The notes below the pieces were generated by a model. That model had not been told where the DNA came from. It saw only the letters and a program-made list of their open reading frames with translations, and did no database searches. A DNA stretch of 64,000 nucleotides from an uncultured Methanosarcinales archaeon (GTDB lineage Archaea; Nanobdellota; Nanobdellia; Woesearchaeales; ARS49). Below are positions 57,419-64,000 of this stretch, one piece after another. The first letter of the stretch is position 1, and every line of letters starts with the position of its first letter. The stretch spans positions 706,774 through 770,773 of the forward strand of contig CAZJXP010000001.1 of the NCBI GenBank assembly GCA_964550175.1, read 5' to 3'. Made by a program: the position numbers and the translations under genes.

Positions 57419-57976
57419 ATGAAAACATACTCCGAACTCAAAGAAGACAGCCTGCCCACGATTAAAGAGTACACTCCTGAATTGCTGGTTTCTCGCATTC
57501 AGGACGCCGTTGCTTCGCATCCTGAACAGCCTCGTTTGGCAATGCTGGCGGACATCGACGCCTTCAAGTGCTATTTCGACGAATACGGCCCTGAACAGCG
57601 ACTTATCGTGCTCGGCAACGTCAATGACTATTTCAGTCATTTGAAGAAAAAACACGAAATTTCATTAATTGACCGCATGAAGATCGACCAATTTTTCCTG
57701 CTCGCGCCGATGAAAGACGGGCTGGCAGAGCGAATCCGACAGGACATCGACCAAATGCGCTTTCCGAAGCACGATCTGAACTCGACAGAGGTCCCGCTTG
57801 AGGACGGAAGAACAATATCGCCGAACCACGTGACGGTCCACATCGGCCAGATCGGATTCATCCCGAACCAGTCGCTCGACTACAGAACGATGCTCTTCCG
57901 ATTACATGAGCTCACGCGTGGCATCGGCGCGGACAAGACGCTTAGAAAAGACTGGAACGAGTATTCAGTGCTTTAA
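57419..57976 (+). CDS. Degenerate GGDEF-fold protein
   Basis: ADIDAFKCYFDEYG, DRMKIDQF in place of RxGGDEF, AERIR, VTVHIG. Confidence 0.65.
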   Translation: MKTYSELKEDSLPTIKEYTPELLVSRIQDAVASHPEQPRLAMLADIDAFKCYFDEYGPEQRLIVLGNVNDYFSHLKKKHEISLIDRMKIDQFFLLAPMKDGLAERIRQDIDQMRFPKHDLNSTEVPLEDGRTISPNHVTVHIGQIGFIPNQSLDYRTMLFRLHELTRGIGADKTLRKDWNEYSVL

Positions 57977-59481
57977 TTGTGCTCTCCCGTCTGCTTCTTC
58001 ACGTTTAACGCGACGGCTTTTCCGAGAATGTCGGTGAGCTTTTCAATGGATGCTTTTCTGACGTCGCCCAAATCCTTGATGCCTGATTTGAACATTGTCC
58101 TTGCGCGGATGCGACCGATGCCTTCGAGCTTCAAAAGCGGCAACAATTCTTCCTTCGCGCCGTACTTCAATCTTGTTCGCGCGCGGTTTATCTCTTTGAT
58201 AATGGGGTTGAGGCCGAGGATGTTCGCCAGTTCCTTCATGCCGTACAGCAGCCAGTCCGCGTTGTCCTTCTTGACGTGCAGCTCGCCGGGACGCACATTG
58301 AACTGATCCAGGAGCGCCTGCTCGTCATCCTCCTCCATCCAGGCATTGAGCATCATCGTCGTCTTCACGGCGTTGAGGTAATCGTCGTATTCGGCCTCGA
58401 ACGCGCTCGGCTCGTCGACAAGCAGTTCAGGCTGCCATTCGACTAACTTAGCCTGCACTGGAGCGTAGTCTTTCGTTCCCACGTTGAGCAACGGCCGCAT
58501 CTCGAGCGTCGTGCACAACGTATGGATGAACGCAATCACATTCGTTGTTTTAGCCTTGATTGCCTTTCTCAATGCGGTTACGAGCTCGTGCGCGGTCAAC
58601 GGGTCGAGATACAGTTCAGCGACGCGCTTACCCAACACGGTTGCGTTGAACGCGACGTCTTTTTCCAGCTCGTCCGCCGAGACGAAATCGTCTGCTTTCT
58701 TTGACGGCAGGATGAATTCCCATTCTTCCAGCATCGCGAGCATGCGGTCAATGATGTGCTCGAGCTTTTCTAAATCTTTGAATTGGAATGCCCAGAACGT
58801 CTTGCTGAAGAACGTCATCAATTCTTTTCTTGTATGCACGAATCGTGACGCGATGAGCGAGAGAATGTAGGTTCTTAACACGGGCTCGACCGCGAGCTTC
58901 GAGTAGATGTCTTCCGGCACGCCGTTGATGTAGCGCACGGTAAGCTCGTCCTTGTCGAATTGCGAGCTCGCGACGCAGATGGCCTCGCCGACATTTTCGA
59001 ACTTCGGACGGCCGGCGCGGCCAGCAATCTGCAGATATTCCAGCACGGGAATGAACCCCATCCCGCGCTGGCTGTAGCGTTTCAGGTCTCGGATGATGCA
59101 GCGAAACGCCGGAAGGTCGACGCCCATTGCCAACGTCGGCGTGCATGCGATGAAGCTTATCGTCCCGTTGCGGAAGTTGTCCTCGATGAGCGTCTTTTGC
59201 GTGCCATGCAAGCCTGCGTGGTGGAACGCGACGCCTTGTTCGACGCAACGGGCGAGGCGCTCGCATTGGACTGTTGGTCGAGGGAGAGCGTGGAGCAATT
59301 TTTCCGAAAGCTCTTTCAGCGCGGGTGAGGAATGCTTGATTTTTTTCCCGATGTCCTCAGCGACCTTTTCGGCGCTGCGCTTGGCGTTGACGAACACCAA
59401 TGCCTGCTTCTTTTTTTCCAGCGTGTCGAGACAGAGATTGATGACACCATCAGACGTCTTTTCAGGGATTTTAACTAACAT
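57973..59481 (-). CDS. Hel308/Ski2-like helicase lacking the N-terminal RecA1 (Walker A/DEAH) domain
   Basis: LVFVN, FHHAGL, TPTLAMGVDLPA, QIAGRAGRP, WH/ratchet/HhH domains; no GKT or DExH. Confidence 0.85.
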   Translation of the reverse strand: MLVKIPEKTSDGVINLCLDTLEKKKQALVFVNAKRSAEKVAEDIGKKIKHSSPALKELSEKLLHALPRPTVQCERLARCVEQGVAFHHAGLHGTQKTLIEDNFRNGTISFIACTPTLAMGVDLPAFRCIIRDLKRYSQRGMGFIPVLEYLQIAGRAGRPKFENVGEAICVASSQFDKDELTVRYINGVPEDIYSKLAVEPVLRTYILSLIASRFVHTRKELMTFFSKTFWAFQFKDLEKLEHIIDRMLAMLEEWEFILPSKKADDFVSADELEKDVAFNATVLGKRVAELYLDPLTAHELVTALRKAIKAKTTNVIAFIHTLCTTLEMRPLLNVGTKDYAPVQAKLVEWQPELLVDEPSAFEAEYDDYLNAVKTTMMLNAWMEEDDEQALLDQFNVRPGELHVKKDNADWLLYGMKELANILGLNPIIKEINRARTRLKYGAKEELLPLLKLEGIGRIRARTMFKSGIKDLGDVRKASIEKLTDILGKAVALNVKKQTGEHN

Positions 59482-59534
59482 AATGAAATAAGAAAAGAAG
59501 AGATATAAGAATTATGCCCAATTTGGGAGGGTAA

Positions 59535-59936
59535 TCATGCGCAGCTTTTGGTGCAGTCGCGCTTGCATTCGCTTCGGAAGACGATTTCGCATTCTTTCGT
59601 GGCTTCCGTGTTGCACGAGGCTTTGCAGCCTTCCGGTCGAAGGAAGGTTCCGCAGTTCTCCACGCAATCATAATAGTTCGTGCCTTGGCCGCAGACTTTG
59701 TTTGAGTTCATTGCGCAGGCATCGGTGCAGTCAGGAACGCACGTTTCAGAGGTGATTGGGGTTTCAGAAGCCGACGGAGTTGTGGGCGTTGGAGTCGTGA
59801 CTAGGGGGGTTTCTGGCGCGGGAGCAGTCGGAGTCTCAGGGGGAACCGTCATCGGCGTTTCGACAACGGGCGGAGTTGTTGGCTGGCAGGCTGCCAAAAT
59901 AATTGAAAGCAGTCCGACAATCAGGATTTTTTTCAT
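59535..59936 (-). CDS. Lipoprotein with P/T linker and Cys-rich (Cx3C) domain
   Basis: LAAC lipobox; repeated Cx3C; AGGTGA SD. Confidence 0.75.
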   Translation of the reverse strand: MKKILIVGLLSIILAACQPTTPPVVETPMTVPPETPTAPAPETPLVTTPTPTTPSASETPITSETCVPDCTDACAMNSNKVCGQGTNYYDCVENCGTFLRPEGCKASCNTEATKECEIVFRSECKRDCTKSCA

Positions 59937-59945
59937 ACATTCACC

Positions 59946-60872
59946 TCAACAGGTCACGGCGCAGGCGGCTTTACAGGCCACCAAATCATCGCTGCACGTT
60001 GATGTGCAGCGTGGAACAAGATAGTCTTGGCATTCATCGATCGTGCCTTCTTGGCAGCCGTCGCGGCAGTATACCGGGTGCATGAACACGTTGCATGCAT
60101 CTCGGCAGAAGTCCTCATCTTCGGCTTCGCAGCCCGCGGTCACGGCGTCCTCGCAACCAGCGCCGCAATCATCATCGGCCGTGTCGCAGGCATCGGAGCA
60201 ATCGTCAATGCAGCTTTCGCGCGAGGTGTTGAGCTGCAGTACGGTGAACAGTTCGTCAGATGAACGCACAACCGTATCTGCAAGCGTTGTGAACGTGACT
60301 GTTCTGTTCATAATTTCGACTCCATCCCAGACTTCCGCCTTGAGCGACGGCGTGATGTAGGCGCTTTCACCGACAAGCCTGACGGTGCCGGGCAAAATCG
60401 TGAGCAGCACGCCCGTCGGGTGCGTTTCAACGAGCTTCAGCGTTATTGGCAACGTGATTGTGCCATAAGGAATTTCGCCGTCATATTCGACGTTATCTTT
60501 CGTCGCTTCGGCATCCAATTTGAATCGCATCTGCGTGAATTCCTGCGGCGGCATCTGGACATCGATCACCAATTGCGGGTTCTCGTTCGCGACGATGTCC
60601 ACGCTCACCTTTTCTGAGCTGAGCTTTTTCCAGCTGTCTTTTGTCTTGTCGTACAGCTCGATTTCGCCAACTTTGAGCTTGAACACGTCAAAGCCTTCAA
60701 CTGTCCCGGTCGTCGCGACGACGAACTGCGCGAGCTTTTCTTCGACTTCAACGGGCTCGGGAGTCGTGTTCGTGACGTTCGGAATCACAGGAGATTCAAC
60801 CGGGACTTTCGAGGAGCAGGCGACTAACAAGAATACGATTAACAACAACCACTTTTTTTGCATAGCATTCAA
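59946..60872 (-). CDS. Lipoprotein with beta-rich domain and acidic Cys-rich (Cx3C) C-terminus
   Basis: LVAC lipobox; C-terminal Cx3C series. Confidence 0.75.
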   Translation of the reverse strand: MNAMQKKWLLLIVFLLVACSSKVPVESPVIPNVTNTTPEPVEVEEKLAQFVVATTGTVEGFDVFKLKVGEIELYDKTKDSWKKLSSEKVSVDIVANENPQLVIDVQMPPQEFTQMRFKLDAEATKDNVEYDGEIPYGTITLPITLKLVETHPTGVLLTILPGTVRLVGESAYITPSLKAEVWDGVEIMNRTVTFTTLADTVVRSSDELFTVLQLNTSRESCIDDCSDACDTADDDCGAGCEDAVTAGCEAEDEDFCRDACNVFMHPVYCRDGCQEGTIDECQDYLVPRCTSTCSDDLVACKAACAVTC

Positions 60873-60927
60873 CTTCTCTTTCGTTATTTAAGCTTTATGG
60901 GGATGAAGTTGGCTCGATGAAGACTGA

Positions 60928-61000
60928 CGCCCCCCGCCAGAATCGAACTGGCGACCTCGTGGTTAACAGCCACGCGCTCTAACCGCTGAGCTAGGGGGGC
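60928..61000 (-). tRNA. tRNA-Asn(GTT)
   Basis: GCCCCCC/GGGGGGC; CGTGG-CT-GTT-AA-CCACG; GTTCGATTC. Confidence 0.95.
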
Positions 61001-61076
61001 ACTTGTTCTTGGCTTTCGAGTCGGTTTAAAAGCTTTTCTTCGTCATTTGAGGAAGTCGCTTTGCTTGTCCCATTCT

Positions 61077-61222
61077 ACCTTTTTACGAAGAGGACTCGAA
61101 GTCCTCTTGTACATCCGAACCCACTGGATTCGGATTGTACCGCCCCGATTGGACGAGTTTAGGCTATGATGCTATTTACTATCGAGCCACTCACTCAAAA
61201 TCTGCCGGGGCGAAGCCAACGT
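61077..61222 (+). repeat. Palindromic intergenic element copy R10 (core inverted, double-hairpin insert in left arm)
   Basis: ACCTTTTTAC[GAAGAGGACTCGAAGTCCTCTTGTACATCCGAACCCACTGGATTCGGATTGTAC]CGCCCCGATT...ACTCAAAATCTGCCGGGGCGAAGCCAACGT. Confidence 0.9.
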
Positions 61223-61271
61223 GCGGGGAAGAGCAGGCTAAACTCATCAAGACGCCATTCAGGAATAGTGA

Positions 61272-62440
<1,169 letters not shown>

Positions 62441-62473
62441 CTATTTTTTATAATTCAGCGCAACTTCAAACCC

Positions 62474-63643
62474 ATGCCCTTCCGCACCATCAAGGACCTC
62501 GACGTCAAGCGCAAGAAAGTGCTTGTGCGCGTTGATTTCAACGTGCCGATGAAGGACGGCAAGATAACGGACGATTCTCGCATCAAGGCATCCATTCCCA
62601 CGATTGAATACTTGAAGAAACAGAAAGCGATTGTTATCCTCATTACGCATCTCGGTCGGCCTGAGGGAGTTGATGACAAGTTCCGACTCGATCCCATCGC
62701 AATCCACTTGAGCAAACTCTTGAAGTCGCCCGTCTACAAATGCGACGACCTCATCGGCAATGATGTTGAGGAACGACTGAATACGTTGGCGTACGGCGAA
62801 GTGTGTTTGCTCGAGAATCTCAGATTTTATCCTGAGGAAGAAGCGAATGACTCAGGGTTTGCGCGAGCGCTAGCTGAACTGGGACAAGTGTACATCAACG
62901 ACGCGTTCAGCGTTTCACATCGAAGCCACGCGAGCGTGACTGGCATCACAAATTATCTTCCGAGCGCTGCCGGATTACAGCTCCAGCACGAAATAGAAAC
63001 AATGGACAAGGCATTGCACCATCCGAAAAAGCCGTTTGTCGCGATTTTGGGCGGAGCTAAAGTCTCGGACAAGATTGAGGTCATCGAACACTTGATCACC
63101 AAGGTTGATGCGTTGCTGATCGGCGGGGCGATGATGTTCACGTTCCTGAAATCGCAGAAACTCGAGATCGGGAAAAGCAAAGTGGAGCTGGATAAGGTTG
63201 TTGTCGCGAAGAAATTATTGAAATCGCGCAAGATTATCCTTCCGGTTGACTGTATAGTTGCAGATTCGCCCGACGGCAAAGGAACAGTCGTTGACGTTCG
63301 AAAGATGCCTAAAAACAAGATGGGATTGGATATCGGCCCGGAAACGGTTGCGGTGTACCAATCAATACTTTCAAAGGCTAAAACGGTTTTGTGGAACGGC
63401 CCCGTCGGCATGTTCGAGAAGAAACCGTTCGCGACAGGCACGCTTGAGCTCGGAAAGACCATTGCGAAATTGGACGCCACGACGATTTTGGGCGGAGGCG
63501 ACACGGCTGACGCGGTCAAGGGAATCAAAGGGTTCACGCACATCTCGACCGGCGGCGGAGCGTCGCTTGAATTCTTCGGTGGAAAAACACTGCCGGGTAT
63601 CAAGGCATTAGAAGATAATTTCAGGAAATTCAAGCGAGTGTAA
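62474..63643 (+). CDS. pgk: Phosphoglycerate kinase
   Basis: RVDFNVP, HLGRP, LENLRF, GGAKVSDK, STGGGASL. Confidence 0.96.
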   Translation: MPFRTIKDLDVKRKKVLVRVDFNVPMKDGKITDDSRIKASIPTIEYLKKQKAIVILITHLGRPEGVDDKFRLDPIAIHLSKLLKSPVYKCDDLIGNDVEERLNTLAYGEVCLLENLRFYPEEEANDSGFARALAELGQVYINDAFSVSHRSHASVTGITNYLPSAAGLQLQHEIETMDKALHHPKKPFVAILGGAKVSDKIEVIEHLITKVDALLIGGAMMFTFLKSQKLEIGKSKVELDKVVVAKKLLKSRKIILPVDCIVADSPDGKGTVVDVRKMPKNKMGLDIGPETVAVYQSILSKAKTVLWNGPVGMFEKKPFATGTLELGKTIAKLDATTILGGGDTADAVKGIKGFTHISTGGGASLEFFGGKTLPGIKALEDNFRKFKRV

Positions 63644-63998
63644 GCGTCAATCCTGTCTTTTCTTTGAGCTGTCGCAACAATTCTTGTTCTAGTGCTCGCC
63701 GTCGTTGCTCTTCCGCTTGTTTTGCCGCATCAATCTTGTCCTGCGCTGCTTTTAATTGGTCTCGCGACAATCGCACTCGGGTTCTCGCGTTCGCAAGCGA
63801 GTGGAACGCGGCGGAAGAATCAATCTGCTCGATAATTTTATTTTGATCAAGGACGAGCGCGCCGTAACTTCGCAGGAAGGTCCCGATGCGTTCTGAGGTC
63901 AGGCTGCTGACGATCGGTTGCAGCTCCGGCGTCGTCGGTAGAGAGTCAACTACTTGCAGAATTGCGAGCTCCCGGTCGCGCGCGAGCGTTTCGACGGG
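63630..63998 (-). CDS. 3' end of a coiled-coil protein, partial
   Basis: Open from the window edge: PVETLARDRELAIL...EQELLRQLKEKTGLTLTLA*. Confidence 0.65.
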   Translation of the reverse strand, partial: PVETLARDRELAILQVVDSLPTTPELQPIVSSLTSERIGTFLRSYGALVLDQNKIIEQIDSSAAFHSLANARTRVRLSRDQLKAAQDKIDAAKQAEEQRRRALEQELLRQLKEKTGLTLTLA

Positions 63999-64000
63999 TT

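Noticed and set aside
55872..61000. Integrated element between tRNA-Arg and tRNA-Asn
   Set aside because: No integrase and no duplicated tRNA 3' end seen.
3955..61222. Repeat family as a CRISPR array
   Set aside because: Copies are dispersed kilobases apart, their cores are homologous rather than unique spacers, and there are no cas genes.
3955..61222. Repeat family as classical integron attC sites
   Set aside because: No RYYYAAC/GTTRRRY boxes, mixed orientations, flanking housekeeping genes and no integrase.

Overview
A 64 kb stretch of an archaeal chromosome, most likely DPANN (Woesearchaeota-like). This is inferred from archaeal informational genes (TFS, aEF-1beta, Trm1, Dph5, uS15, ATP-dependent ligase, XPD, NucS, Hel308-like helicase), TATA/BRE promoters, tight gene packing, bacterial-type GAPDH/Adk and many Cys-rich surface proteins. 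It holds about 65 CDSs, five intronless tRNAs (Trp-CCA, Gln-CTG, Gln-TTG, Arg-GCG, Asn-GTT), a thymidylate salvage cluster (kinase-dCMP deaminase fusion, dcd, long ThyX, tmk), bacterial-style second-messenger enzymes (FecR + CHASE2 adenylate cyclase; an intact GGDEF protein plus a degenerate one) and a free-standing LAGLIDADG gene. The most striking unexplained signal is a family of 10 dispersed intergenic ~85-200 bp imperfect palindromes. They share arms (ACTTTTTACCGCC... / ...ACTCAAAATCTGCCGG), their ~35 bp central core occurs in both orientations in different copies, and their arms carry nested double-hairpin inserts with compensatory changes. No transposase, integrase or CRISPR array was seen. 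All calls come from reading motifs by eye; no database searches were run.
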